A stretch of DNA of 64,000 nt, the filler included, from Sphacelaria rigidula (Eukaryota), in assembly GCA_964200075.2 (NCBI GenBank). It is 6 parts of 6 records of this genome, joined end to end, with 100 filler letters (N's around TTAATTAATTAA, not from the genome) between each part and the next. Parts side by side here need not be neighbours in the genome. Positions count along the whole stretch, not along the records: positions 32,073 to 42,660 come from CAXNAA020006233.1; positions 42,761 to 53,348 come from CAXNAA020006234.1; 4 more parts are not named here. One strand, written 5' to 3'. The notes under the pieces are model-generated. The model was not told where the DNA came from. It saw only the letters and a list, made by a program, of their open reading frames with translations, and did no database searches. Both the position numbers and the translations under genes were made by a program. This document shows, piece by piece, positions 35,580 to 49,200 of the stretch. Each line of letters opens with the position of its first letter. Within the stretch, counting starts at the first letter, position 1.

Positions 35580-38500
35580 TCACGAGTCACCGCTCTTGAG
35601 CGCTCGCTTCGCCATCAACCCAAACAACATTTGCGGCGCCAAGGCGCGCAGTAATACGGCAACTTTAACCTTCAAGTCTGCAATCACAACCTCGTCCCTT
35701 CCTTCCGCCACGGCCATCCACACCGCACTCGCCACCTCCCGCGGGTCTCGACCGGTCGCCGTGGACTTGTCCATCTGTGCGTGTCGGCTGCCGTCACCTG
35801 ACAAAGCGTTCATGGACAAGCTGTAACACGCGGACGAGGCCCGAGGATACGATACGGCCGGATTGCGTGCACGCATGTATCATATCCTGTCGGCAGATTT
35901 TGAGCTGGGTGTCATCGTTCATTACCTCATGTGCTCCGCATGGAGTTCTCCACGTCATGAATTCCCCCCCCCTCCCTCCTTTTTTTGCGGTGACCATGAT
36001 TGTGGTCGACCTTGTGCGGGGTGGTGAACCCGAAGTCCGCACAAAGGGGATGATCGTACGACGTAGTGTTCTACGGTGAGACAACACTGAGGCAGTGTAA
36101 CCCGTGGCTGTCTCTGGAAACGACGATACCAGAAAATGAAGCAACGCATTCTAGGCAGTCATCCATATGGAAGAAAAATATGAGGCTTCGGGCAGAATAA
36201 CCTTAGCAGGATGCAGCTCACCCCTCATGCGACTCGCCGAACACAACACGGCGCTTTGCGCTTGGCGATTGATTGCGAGCCTTGTCTGGCAAAAAAAACG
36301 TCGTCCTGCGCCCCGGCTTTATAGGGATGCGAAGTCAATATTCTCATGACTACGGCATCCAAGATCATGGGTACATCCCCTTCCCCCCCAAGAATACCAA
36401 CCAGTTCGACGATACCTAACAGAGGCCGCACCAGCGGCAAACACTGCCGTCCATATCACAGGAACGAGAAAACTAAAAAACGGTGAAACTCGCACCCTTA
36501 CCCACCCATTCTACGAGCACACAAGAAGTGACACGTTACACCACAGGGAACAAACGCACACGCGAAAATAAAAATAAAACGCGTGTCCTACCTTGTTCTG
36601 ATGTAGCCCGGCAGCACAGTGGTCACTCGGACTCCGAGATGCGCAGTTTCCGCGCGCAAGCAGTCAAAGAACCCGACGAGCGCGTGTTTCGACGCGGCGT
36701 AGCTCGACCGGAATGCGATGCCGAACTTCCCCTGAACGCTGTTAACGACAACGAAATGCACTCCCGCCGAGCTCCCCGGTTCGCGCGCCTGCGCCGTCAG
36801 CAACCCCTTCGCCAGAGCCACGGCGCCGAAATAGTTGACTGCCATCACTCGCTGAGCAACCTCCAGCGACGTATCTTCGACGCTTGCGCGTGTAGATACC
36901 TTTGGGATGACGGGGGGGAAAGAGAAGGGGCAGAAGGTCGGAGGGTAATGGTGTAAGGGAATGAGGCTGAGCTGTTCTCATTGCCGTTCCGTCGCTCCAC
37001 GTGAACGCTAAATACACACACACAGATTATCCTGGGGTATGGAGGAGACACACACCTATCCACTTGTGTTGCACAGCTCGTGGATAATGACGGGACAAGA
37101 GAAGATTATGAAGAAAGTGAGTAAAATCATACCTGCGACGACTCTGGAAAAATATATACACATGGTACATATATAGAATATTTCGAACTCACGAGCGCCA
37201 AGCATACTTTGTAACGAGGCGTCCACGAGATTCAATGCTGATGTTAGTGTGTAAGTTCCTCCGCACCCGCCCCGGGAGATAACTGTTCCGGCCAATGCCA
37301 ATGCTAGGGGTCCGGTTACCGGATTCGTACTTTATTTTGTGAGGGGGTACACATGCGTTCGCGACCGTTCGAACGGACGCGCGATCGCGGTGGTCCTGCA
37401 ATATTTCAGGCGGGCATGAACATTACGAAGGAGGATCTATTCTCACGAGGGCTTGGCAAGGCAAGAATACCGAGACGCTAAAAAGAACGGACGGGACCGG
37501 GGCGCAGCCCCGGGTCCCGTACGGCTTGTATATATATATATATATATATATATAATGTATGTATTGATGAAATCAGCCGTAACAAGAACTAGAACCGCAG
37601 ACAAAAATCATACCGAGGGCGGATTGACATTGTCAGGATCACACTGCGACGACCTCTGTCATATTTTCGCAATTTTTGAGTTGTGCGGCGACTCCACGCG
37701 TTCGTTCAAGTTTCATTCATTCTCCCAAAATATTTTCAAAATCATACGGTCGTGGTGGAGGCCGTAGCTGAAATAGAAACTGTGGGAGGTCGCTCTGGAT
37801 CATGAGGACGACAGATGTCATACCGGTGTTCATCGTTATGACGCACGCTCAGCCTACACAACGCCGTGCTCCACGAAACCGATGCCAAGACACACTATAA
37901 TATAGAGACACGCTTCATACATTGATGTCAACGGGAAGAGCTTCACAAGCTACGCGCCGGCGCGAATATGAAGTATCTGATGATCGCCAGCTTGGCTTTA
38001 CTTGGGGTTATCCCAAATCCGCACGAAACTCACACGTTACAAAATATATATTTACATACGACGAGAACATTCTACATCAATCATTAGAAGGGGACGATGT
38101 TCTTTCTTTTCAAGCTGTATATCAAAATCCATATTATTTGACAATGAATGACTGTTGTTCAACGCTGTCCGCAGAAAAACGTGCCCTGGTGAACGCAGCT
38201 GTAGCGTGGCTATGGTGCTTTTTTTTGTGAACTTCAATGAGTACGACCAACCGTCAAGCCATGCCACCATGGTTGATAGGGTGCTACGGGCTCGGCCCAT
38301 TAACTTTTGCCTGCGTGTGTGTTGTTGCGCGCGTCATTAATCAAGGACAACCGTTTTCTTTTTCTTCAGTTGGTACTGTCGGGTCTGTTTCTGCTATATT
38401 TGCAAATGGTAATTACACTTCGTGTTCTGCTTCATCATGGTCAACAAAGATCCATCAAGCATCAGAGTACAATGATGGGCAATATGTGGTGACACAGTAG

Positions 38501-40411
38501 TCAACGAATTTTCTCGAACTCAGTGTCAGCTAGAGTTAAAGCCAGGTGAGTAATTTTCAACCTAGAGTGAGCTATCAACATTTCTACGGGCGATCACGTT
38601 TGTCCGATCCGACCGGTAGGGGCCAAGTGACAGGTTCTGACCGTGAGATATCTTGGGAGCAATGCTAAGGTAGGGGTGAACTTTTTTCGCAAAATCTTGT
38701 CTAGTTCAGCAGCTCCTAACGATTCTAGGTGCACAATAATATGGGTCAGGGCATCCCCGCTTGCAAATTCTATTCGGGATCTCCTTAGCACATTGGATTA
38801 GTAATCCTGGCGTGCTCTCATATATTTCATAACTCATGTTCTGGATGAAATAAGGGGCTCCTATCAATTCTAAGCTCAGAAAATATTTGTGCACCCGTAC
38901 CGTAGCACCACTCTTGGTGCGTTGCTCGACGGCGCGGTGAAAGGACGCTTCGTCACCCACTGAATAAACGCTAAAAACGGCAGAACGCCCATACATGTGG
39001 ATATATTTTTGTAGTGAAACAGAAAATTCAACGAATCAGAGGCCCTTCAGTGAGGAATCGGCGGAATCTAGCGCCAATGAAATGCGACTTTTGTCGTGAA
39101 ATATGCAGCGAAAAAATGCTTGTGATTGGCTCGCAGACTTGAGTCACCCCTGCAGTGTACGTACGTACTTCAGTGAATGAATAAACACCCGCGCCGGGAT
39201 GGATAGAGCAGCAGTAGAGAGAGGAAGCAGGAAGCAAGCAGACAGCGAGTGGTGCATCCCCGCCGCAGGGGGTCATTGCGATGCTCGTGTATCGGTTATC
39301 ACCATCTTAGTATGGTTGGTTGCACCTTTCAGTGCCCGCGAGCCCTGGCGCCGATACCAGTAGCGGCCGCCATGCTGCCGGGTGCAAGCATTACTCTGGC
39401 GGTGCAGTATATCCGCACTGTGCTGTGGGCTGCTCCTTTCATCGGAGCACGGGGTCTGGCCCAGCCGGTCGAGCGGTGTATACCCGCGCTGGTTGTGTGG
39501 TTTTACCTAGCCATGTTTGCCATCGCGCTAATGATGGGTCTGGGCAGCGCCTTGTTCGTTTTTACGGAAGACGAAACGTTTAACACGCCATGAAGTATTC
39601 AACAGTCAGTGTGTAGACAGCACTGCATCCCGGCTGCTCGTATTTCTGCAGACACGATCACGATGATACAGCAGCTCAGTGTCAGGAGACGGGCTCACCA
39701 CATCAGGCAACCCCAGCGGAGACCAAACCGTCTTCGTAAGGCCTCAAACACGCCTCAGAACAGTGACAGCTACAGCACATGAGAGAGGACGTGCGTGTGT
39801 TGTGCTGCAGTACAGTGAAACAGGATACGTCCCATGCTCTACTTCTTCGCTTGACTTTAAACGGGTCCTCAATTTCTGCCGGGTGCGGATCATGAACGCT
39901 TCGTCATAGTCGCACTTCCCGTGAATGATCTAAATCTACTTCACTGCAAAATCATCCCCATGTATGGGTGCTGTGCCCGCAAAACACAACGATAAACAAC
40001 GACAGCAGCGGCATAACAAAAACCGCGCCGACTATCCAACATCACTATTATACAGATTATAAAGGATCGCGATACTGGGTATTACTCACCCCTGCATTAA
40101 GCGCAAGCACGTCCACCCTGCCGAACTCCGACACAGCTTTCCTCGCCTTCTCTTCCAACCCGTCCAGCTCCCCCATGTCAAACGCCAGCACGCGAGCGCC
40201 TCCCTCTCTCCTCTCTCCACTCCCTACCCCCGCCGGCCATGCCGCCTCGCATGCTTGTCGCACGCGTTCGAGTGCGTCCTGCCGCCGGCCACTCAGGATT
40301 ACACCGGCGGCGCCGCCCCGGGCCGCGGTAATTGCGAGTTGCTCTCCCAGGCCCGAAGAGGCACCAGTGACCCAAACTATTTTCCCGCTCAAGTAAGATT
40401 CCGCTGTTTGT
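35580..40411 (-). CDS. Short-chain dehydrogenase/reductase, DHRS7/DHRS7B-like
   Basis: Exons 40411(or 40403)-40090, 36899-36592 and 35820-35580 splice in phase: VWVTGASSGLG...DVLALNAG|VSTRAS...NYFG...NSVQGK...YAASKHALVGFFDCLRAE...PGYIRT|SLSMNALSGDG. Possible first exon 40659-40580 (tentative). Confidence 0.92.
35990..36390 (+). mobile_element. Family S copy in an SDR intron, downstream of a C-run
   Basis: Ends tagggatgcgaagtcaatattctcatgactacggcatccaagatcatgggtacatccccttccccccc. Confidence 0.75.
37491..37553 (+). mobile_element. Helitron-like 3' terminus (GC hairpin, then CTTG) abutting (TA)n
   Basis: acgggaccggggc-gca-gccccgggtcccgt, then acgg-cttg, then a (TA)n tract. Confidence 0.4.
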
Positions 40412-40876
40412 CTGGTATGGGGGAGGATAGGGGACAAGTGGACAGGGGGGGAGGGGGGAGGGTGACGCTTTGAAGGCAAAGGAGCGGGGGTGGATCTCTA
40501 TTGCAGACGAAATTCGACAATACAAAAATATGTGCAGCACGTGCCTCCAGGTTGAGATCGATTCAAATGTATCACATACATCAGCAGCAAAGTACTGTCA
40601 AGACCACAGCAGGCGGAGTTTGTCGGTGCTTTGGTGGTTACCGCCTGCCCGCGCGACATCACAGAAGTGATCAAGGACACGAAATTCGACGAGAGTACAT
40701 GGATAAGGGTACCGGGAGAGCGGGCAACGAAATACTTTTAATGCAGCACGTGGCGACACGTACTAATTTCAACCGATAGGAGCCACAAAGTGCCCTCGTA
40801 GTGCCGTTGGATGCCGCTACGAATCCGTAACCAGTTAGCGCAGATACCCATGCCAAGTTTTTTTCTTCACATTTCA

Positions 40877-41225
40877 GTGCGTGTTGTCACCCCATCCATT
40901 ATGGACGCCAGTCTAGACCTGTGATATATGTGGGCGCATCAGCCGGGGTCACACAGGAGGAAGGTCAACACAGAAGATTTTCAGTACCGTACTCCACTTT
41001 CCTTCTGCGGTGCTCGCCTTACTCTTTATCGCGAGAGGGGTTTAGCACCCCCTTTCCCCCGGCGATCGTGAAGTCGAACTTTGTGTACCCGCAACAAAGT
41101 CGCTCTCCACTTTTGGGGATGGTGCGAGAAGAAAACGAACAGATCATGTGACTTCACCCGAGATTCTAAACCACGACCCAACCGTCAGAGGGTTTCGATG
41201 TTACCAACTGAGCGACAAGAGCGAC
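40877..41225 (-). mobile_element. tRNA-derived SINE, full-length copy
   Basis: Reverse complement aligns head to tail with 60827-61195. Confidence 0.8.
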
Positions 41226-42660
41226 CGGATATATCCAGTACAAGCTGAATGCAACTCCAACTGAATCAATCACAACGGAGGGAATGGTGGACGTTGAGCT
41301 ACAGGCAACAGCCCACAAGTACCACGGGAATATAGACTTGCGTTCGTGTCTGTGGAGCAGCTGCTGTCTCCACGCAAATCACCACGGCTTGAACCGGTTT
41401 ACACCCCACGGCACAGGCCACGATGGTGGAGGCTCTGCTCAGATCTGCGAGATGTCCACAGTAGGCCTGTGCGACGCTCGCGGTACTATAGTTGCGCCAC
41501 ATCGTCCGTACATGACACAGCCGGTCGAGTGTATGAAGAAACCAGCATTTGACACGGCATGAAATCAAGGTGGCAGCACGAACCAAACCGAGCGGGAACA
41601 GTCACGACGCTCAAACCTGTAGTTTTGCCGGTCGTCGCCGAGCTTTTGGAACTAGTACCACTGGTAGACGACAATCCATTGCTATGGAGACAACTTCTGG
41701 AACGTAGCGCGCATGCTTTTGCTCTGTCGCGGCAAAAAAACGTTCAAGATTCCCACAAGTCAAGTGCACTTTGATCACCAAAAAGTGCCGGGCAAAAAGC
41801 GCATCATCCCTCGTATTTTGGTTGGCGCGCCGCTCTTTCATCATAGCCCAAACTATCATGCTGGCTCTGTTACGAAGAAACCATCCACATCACCTCCATC
41901 GCAAGCACAGCAATGACAGTGAAGAAGCGAATGCTGTACACGTATACTGCTGAGATTTCTGGATTCATCACCACTGACAGCCAACCTCTTGCTTCCTACT
42001 CGCGAAGAAGCCGTGGAATGTCGCCTGGCCTTATTCTTGTGCGCGTTATGAAACTCGAAGGGCGGCGCCGTAACAGACAGTGCAACGCACTAATCGCAGT
42101 ACGTCTTTTAGTGCTACAACCGATCATTCACAGCCGAGATACGATGACGTTAGTTAGCGCCGATGCGAACTACCGTAGCTCCTGAAATACTGGGTTGGTT
42201 TTGGCCAGAGCAAGCCTCATGTTATTGTTTCTCACATTTAGCCCCTTCCCGGAACTCTAGCGCCCGTGGTGACAAAGCCGTGGTACAGAAAGACAGAATA
42301 CGAGGGCAAGAACAATACGCCCACGAACATGGAAAACACGACGCGATGCAGGATGGGGTTCTACAAACACGTCAGCGACAAACAGACCATACGCAAACAC
42401 ACACGCGCGGCTCGAATGTATACAATAAAAAGCTTGTGTGCATGTAGGTGGCTGTATATGGGCTAGGCTCAGAGCTTTTGTACTCCTCTGCGGCTCTTTG
42501 TGCGCGTCGTTGAAGACGTCACATAATTCTCATGTAGATGTTGCCTCCTCAAACCAACCATTTTTCTGCGGGGGGGGGGGGGGGGGGGGGGAGATGGGCA
42601 AAACCAAGAATTGCAAGGGTTTGAAGATCAGCATACATTTGGGGGCAGCGGCAAACGTGG

Positions 42661-42760
42661 NNNNNNNNNNNNNNNNNNNNNNNNNNNNNNNNNNNNNNNN
42701 NNNNTTAATTAATTAANNNNNNNNNNNNNNNNNNNNNNNNNNNNNNNNNNNNNNNNNNNN
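42661..42760. other. Artificial contig linker
   Basis: N44-TTAATTAATTAA-N44. Confidence 0.97.
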
Positions 42761-43053
42761 GGATGCGAGGTCAATGGTCTGATGACTATGGCATGCATGA
42801 TCATGAGTACACCCCCCCTCCCCCCGTTGTGGCCACAGACGGCTAAACAGGACGGAGGTAAGATATGTAAAATGTTTCTGTGTAGTGTATGGGCGAAGGG
42901 TAATGAGCGCCCAAATATTGGAGGCGTTTCTATTAGGAGTAGGAACGGCGTTCCGTCTCGAAAGAGGTGCGTGGTCGATGGTCAAGCGGCTGACGCAAGC
43001 AACAAACAAGACCATGCATGATCATGAGTACACCCCCTCCCCCTCCCTCCGTT
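42761..43053 (+). mobile_element. Stacked C-tailed retroposons: a family S end, then a chimeric L+S insert with 13-bp TSD
   Basis: TSD ccctccccccgtt (42816-42828) / ccctccctccgtt (43041-43053). Confidence 0.78.
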
Positions 43054-43222
43054 TGTTCGAAAGTGTTCAATTTGTTTGTTCATCATCCAGCGAGCGTAAA
43101 ATAATACCCCAAACTAACACGGCACAACTCTGTACACCTGAATACAACGACACCTGAATACAACGCACCTTCATGTTCGACACTCCCGACCACCACACCA
43201 CCGCCAACGCTACCACCACAAG

Positions 43223-46200
43223 ACACTTGGGGTGTTACCCTTCCCGAGGGCTACTTCGACAATGCGGTGGGACCGGAACCGTTTCGGCAAACCGTTTCAA
43301 GATTCGGTGGTCCCGACGCCGTGGAACAGTGGGAGCGCTTGACGGCACATCTCTTGGAGCTGTCGGAGTGCACCATGGGCCTTCCTCCATTTTCGCTGAG
43401 GACGGGACCGGGAGCGTTGGTCACTTTGTCTCGCTTTCTGCCCACTCTCGTCAAGGTTGTCAAGGCGGGTCCAAGGTGTGTGTTGCAAGATATGAAAATA
43501 TGGTTTATGGAATCACGTCGGATTGGATTAGACGTGCCGAGTTATTGCACAGTCGGTGTCAAAACGCTCATGGCTTGCGTGGTATGTAGAAGAGCGTGCT
43601 GGTGTGTGTGTGGGGGCGTATTGAACGATAATGATGATCGTTCGCGGAAGTAACCCCAAATTTTATCGGCCAGTAACTTCTCCACCGACCGAAGGTGGGT
43701 CAAGACGGGCGAAGTGTCGAAGCACGTCTTGGCACGTGAGAAACGCTGTAGCGTGGCCTCTTCGTCAGTGGCGAGCAGTGGTGGGGCCTCTAGCAGCAGG
43801 CGAAGCTGGGAGTCTTGAAGTGTGAATAGGTTAATGAATGAAATCCCCGAAAAACCGAGGACGGTGCCCTCCTGAGTTTTGTTCTCGTAGATGTGCCGTA
43901 TGCTTTTACGCCTGGTGTGGCACGACCCGTCGTATGCGACGAGCGCAAAGCCGCGGTGAGTTTGGAGCGTGGTTCACAGCCCCCGCGAAGAGTTGAGAAG
44001 ATACCCTGGAGACGAGGTCAGGGGATCGAGCCACATACAGCATCGCTTGTAAATGAAGAAATACAATATCCTTGCCCCAGCCCCACCATACAGACTATTT
44101 TCCCTTCACTCCATTTTCAAGGTAATTTTTCATAGTAACAAAACAATTTTTCAAACACGCGTTCCTGAGTGCAGCTCACGGAAGGTAGTCAGAGTGGATG
44201 CTTATCTTCCCGCCCGCTTTCACAGGTTCCTCAGGGATTCCCACTTGTCATACATGTCCCAGGATTTCGAAGCGATCTCCCATTTGCTCCATTTTTCCGA
44301 CCGTTTTTGTCAGTGACGCATCATCCCCCCTCCCCCCCCCCGTACGTTTCTGAATGATGCCCAAAGCTGCCAGTGTTAATAAACAAGGCTGTCAGTGCTG
44401 ATAAACATCGTTTTTCTCCGACTTTCATCGATTCCGTGGGGGCCCCAGTCATTACATGCCCATGATGTCGGAACAACTAACTCTACCCATACTTGATTCC
44501 TCACGCCGTTGTTGTAAGGTATGGATACAAACTATATACACCTGCAATAAAGCAAACCCAAGTCTGCCAGTGTCCTGTTCTTTCTTCTTCCGCTCAATTC
44601 CACCGGTTTCTCGAGGTCCACGATCGCGAAGTATCGCTGGGGATCTACCTCAAACAAGTTAATCAAACCCTGACAACCTTGGGTTCACTTTCAGCATTCC
44701 GTGTTCGAAAATTCGTCTTCCAACCTCTCAGAGTTGCCTGGGAAATAGTTGCCGACTGATGTACGCGCCTGCCTCCGTCCGTGCAGCAAGCTAAACACGG
44801 ATATCGTTTTTGCCGTTTGGAAGTATCATGTGATTTTTTCTTGCTGCGGACGGGTCTGCTCAAGTGTCCTGTTGTCGGTGATGAGAAAGTGCGTTGTGTG
44901 TTCGGAGCCTCGTTCTGTCATTTTCTTGCCTTCTTGAGCTGTGTCTTACGGCGTCAAACGTCTCGTGGTATTTGAGTGTTTTTTTGTACAATACAATACA
45001 AGCGCGGTGTGTGTTCCTCGTGTCCATGCTCAAATCAAATTTTCTCTTTGCTTGGTGTTAACTAGCACGATTTCGTTTTGTTGTTCATGCTTCAGGTAGT
45101 TGCCGTACGCTGCAGAGGTAGGTCCACGACCACACCGCATATCATTGGTTGCTTGATATGTATTCCAACATTGCCACATTGACCTCCCCTCATCGTCTTG
45201 CCAGCTGCACGCTTTGCCAAACCTTGAGGTGGTCCTTTCCCAGACAATGTTGTCGAGTGTTACACTACAGTATTACATATACTCCGCAACCCCCCCGTCC
45301 GTTCTCGCGATCCATTGATATTTCGTTGGACCACCGAATGTTCTGCATGCTTTAGTCTCCAGGACCCGTTCACCGACGTCCTGAAGAAACTGGAGATCAC
45401 GGACCCCTTTGTGTGCAACTGGCTTAACCTCCTATGCTTCTTACTCCAAGGCTTGCCGTCGGACGGCACTTCGACGGCTGTGATGGCGTACATGATAGCG
45501 GACTGGTGCAGACCTGTGAGGGCTAGGACATACCACCGTAACCCGATAGTGGGAGACGAACTCTGTGAATTTCAAAGTGAAAGTGACAGTTTGACATAGC
45601 TGTTTTGATATGATAGTGAATATGAGTACTGAACATTTTTTTCTTAGTATCGCTTTTTTTGGTTGTTCCGTCGCTCTTTTTTCGTCGTCTCCCTTTTTGA
45701 GTTTCCTTCATCCCGAGTTCCCATTTTGTTCCCCTGGAGGCACGTCTACATTGTGTCTATCATGATGACAACGGCCGAATCCCTCGGGGATAAGTTCACG
45801 CGCGATCCATCAATCCATCAATCAGCCCCTTCAATCAAAATATTGCCGGTGTCTTGGCGGGTAGTGTGACCCACAAGAGCGGACATGTGCAAGGCGCGTG
45901 AGGGGATGAATGTTGAATGAAACAGCGCAGCAAATAAGTGTGGCATGAAAAAGTCAACTCACCAGCGTACGACCCCACAATCCTCTCCAGGGCACGTGAT
46001 CAATACAAGTGTTCGTGCACAGAGCAGCGTTCCTATGTGCTGGAAGCCATGTACGTGTCATTTGCTATCACAGACCAGTGAGGCAGCGACGACATATATC
46101 AAGGGCGTATTGAAGGGAAGGGTGAATGTACGAGATACCTCACGCATGCCCCCGTCCCGGCGTGCTCCTTCAGGACTTCGTAGGGATGCGAGGTCATGGT

Positions 46201-49200
46201 CTCATGACTACGAGATGCAAGATCATGAGTATACCCCCCCCTCTCTCCCTCCAACCTTCGTATTGTGTATACCCCACACGTTGTGGATATGTACGTCATG
46301 CCTTGTGGATCACTTTTTTCCAGTGGTTTCAAAATATGCTACTGCCGCTTCAAATGTATCACTCCCTTCCGGCAACTGTACGTTGCTTTGCTCCCTGTCC
46401 CACTACAATCGGTAGAGGTCGGGAATGGTTTGTCTAATCATTTAACTGGTTAATGGGTACGCGTAGCGCACTTGGCTTCACAACAGCTAGAAAAACACGT
46501 GAAATTCGGGCCATTTTTTGAGGGACAAAACCATAGCGCACTTGGCTTGGAATTTCGAGAAAAAATAAGTAGCCCATTATAAACCTTTATCGGAAAGTTA
46601 TAGGACCGTGCTGCATGTTGTGTACTCTCTGTTGTAGCGATGTGCTGTGTGTAGCGCACGTAGCCGGTAACGGCTTGTGAAGCCGGCAACAGTAAGTGAT
46701 GGTCTGAAACAATGATACATTTTTTTCATACAGCCATTACCATTATTATCATTATAATGATCATGACCAGTTATAACTGATGCTATTTTCGAGCTCCGAC
46801 AATCGGCCGTGTGTGGTTCAATTGGACACCGTGCGTTAGGGTGTGGTGCTTGACTACCCGAAGGGAGGAACAGAGGCTATGGTTGATGCTCTGGTTCGTG
46901 GCGTGGAAGGCAAGGGGGGTAAAGTGATGTTGTCGGCGCATGTTGAGGAGGTCGTGGTGGAGGACGGAAAAGCACGCGGTGTGCGGCTGAGAGGAGGCAA
47001 GGTGGTACGAGCTAGCAGGTGAACGTGGTGTTTCACCTCGGTGGGTGTTGGAAGCCGATACGATACTGTGATGGCGGAGCATGTTGTTTTTGAGCATCTA
47101 AGGATTCACTGCTCTGTGCACATTCGGTTTTGAACATGGATGAGATATACAGGTATCATGGACTGGAGAACTAACAAACTAGAGGTTCGGAAGAGTATAT
47201 ATTGTACATTCATACCCTCCAACAACAGTAGAAATCGCCACAACCCCCAGGCGAAAACATCCCGTTCTGCTTTGAATCAGACACACCGCGCGTCCGCTGG
47301 CCCCGTTTGTGTTCTTCAAAATATTTCTTTGAAAATCTTTCGCTTCGTTCCACTGCACCAAAAAACATCCCACGTCAGGTCCGTCGTTTCGAACGCAAGT
47401 ATATGGGACACCCTAAAGCTCCTTCCGGAAGGAGCTCTACCAACAGAGTTTGTAGACCAGAAGCGGGCCACTCCCCATTGTAAGAGCTTCATGCACGTGC
47501 ACTTGGGTGTGCGCTGCCAAGACCTAATCGACAACAATGCAAACGCTACACCCGAGGACCCGGGGACAGATGGTTTCCATCCCCGGTGCCACTACGCCGT
47601 GGTGGCGGATTGGAGCAAGCCTATTGACGATGCCGGTAACGTGATCGTTGTGAGCATCCCCTCTGTGCTGGATCCTTCCTTAGCCCCCCCGGGATGCCAC
47701 ACTGTGCACGCCTACACGTGAGTACTGTGTGTTTCACTTTGTTTTGTTGAAAACGAAAGAGCAAGCGGACGAGGTTAGTGTGTAAAGTAATTTGAATAAG
47801 CGCAACTATTGGCAGTCTCCTCCACATAGTTTTTTACGGTTGTTCATTTGCAGTTCTTGCTCATTTTACTCCGCTTGTTCTATCCCTCCTTCTTCGTTTT
47901 CCCCCCTTGTAAGGTTCTCTTTAGAGTGTGTTTTTCTTTTTCTCTTCTTTTGTTTCCCCTTTTTTGTTTGTTTGAGATCAGCCATTTTTTTCTGTGCTCT
48001 GATTTTGTTGATTTTTCATGTTATAAATATACACTTTCTTTTAACGTCTAAGTCTACTATGTCGTTCTGTTCGACTTTTTCTGTTCCAGTCTTGTTTTTG
48101 TCGGGTACTTCTCATATGTGACCGCTGCTGGACCCCTGAGGGGCCAGTTAAAGTGCGACAATCAATCAACCAATCAAGTGTTTGCGCTTTGTTTACCTTG
48201 GGTACGTCTATATTGTGGATAATGACCACGACTGCGGCCGGATCCCGTGGGAATCAGTTATTTTGCGACAATCAACCAAGCCAAATGAAAAAGAAGCCGA
48301 CGAATACACCGAAGGAATATCTGACGGATGCATGCAGTCGAAGACCGATTCTTTTCGGTGACCCTGTTTTTACTACGAAAAAAGCAAAGGCCGGGCTCAT
48401 GGCGTATCGAGAACAATCCGCACCCAACTTGCTGACGAATGCACCAACGAAATAATTCACAGAGGCATGCAGTGAAGGACCAGTCCTTACCGCCGATCCT
48501 GTTGTTGCCGTCAAGAGAGCAGAAGCCGGGCTCATCGCATATCGAGAAAAGTCCGCCCTCAACTTAACATTAGTTTTATGCGCAAACATTAACGAGGTCC
48601 AAGGGGAATCCAGTCATATCGCGCAGTTGCTTTGTGTGCAAATTACGTAGGCGCCATTAGTGAATGGTCAATACTGATACCTGCAAATCGACAATATATA
48701 TATATATATATATGTATGCGCGGATGCTCGGGAATTTCGGATTCTAAGCTAGCATTATATAACGGAAATTGGCGCGAGACCAACTTGTTTCCCTTAATTT
48801 GCCCTTTTGTTCGTCGCGGCGGCCTTGCTCGTGCGGCATGCGGCAAAATCAAGCCGTAATCTGCGGACCAAATCGGAAAGTTATCGCACCGCACAAAATC
48901 TCTCCAACTTTTCACGCCACCACGTAGAAGGTAGACGAGATTTCGAAGTGCTCCGAAAGAGCCTGTTGACACTGTAGCAACTGCTCAACAGGCGTAACTC
49001 GACGGCAGGATATGCATATTTTTTACACACAATATTCGCCGGGTAACGGCCTTAACTCTTGTGTCTCATTGGTTTACGACTTTGCATCCTGCGTGCATGT
49101 CGCCTTTCATGCACTTCGCTGTTTCGTTATTGAACACACCGGCTCCCAGGCGCTGTCATATGAAGGATATAGGACTCTTGTGTGAGTAACTCCACCACTT

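Noticed and set aside
41299-41859. Transposase remnant suggested by CWFLH
   Set aside because: A single short motif, interrupted frames, and no TIRs or DDE context
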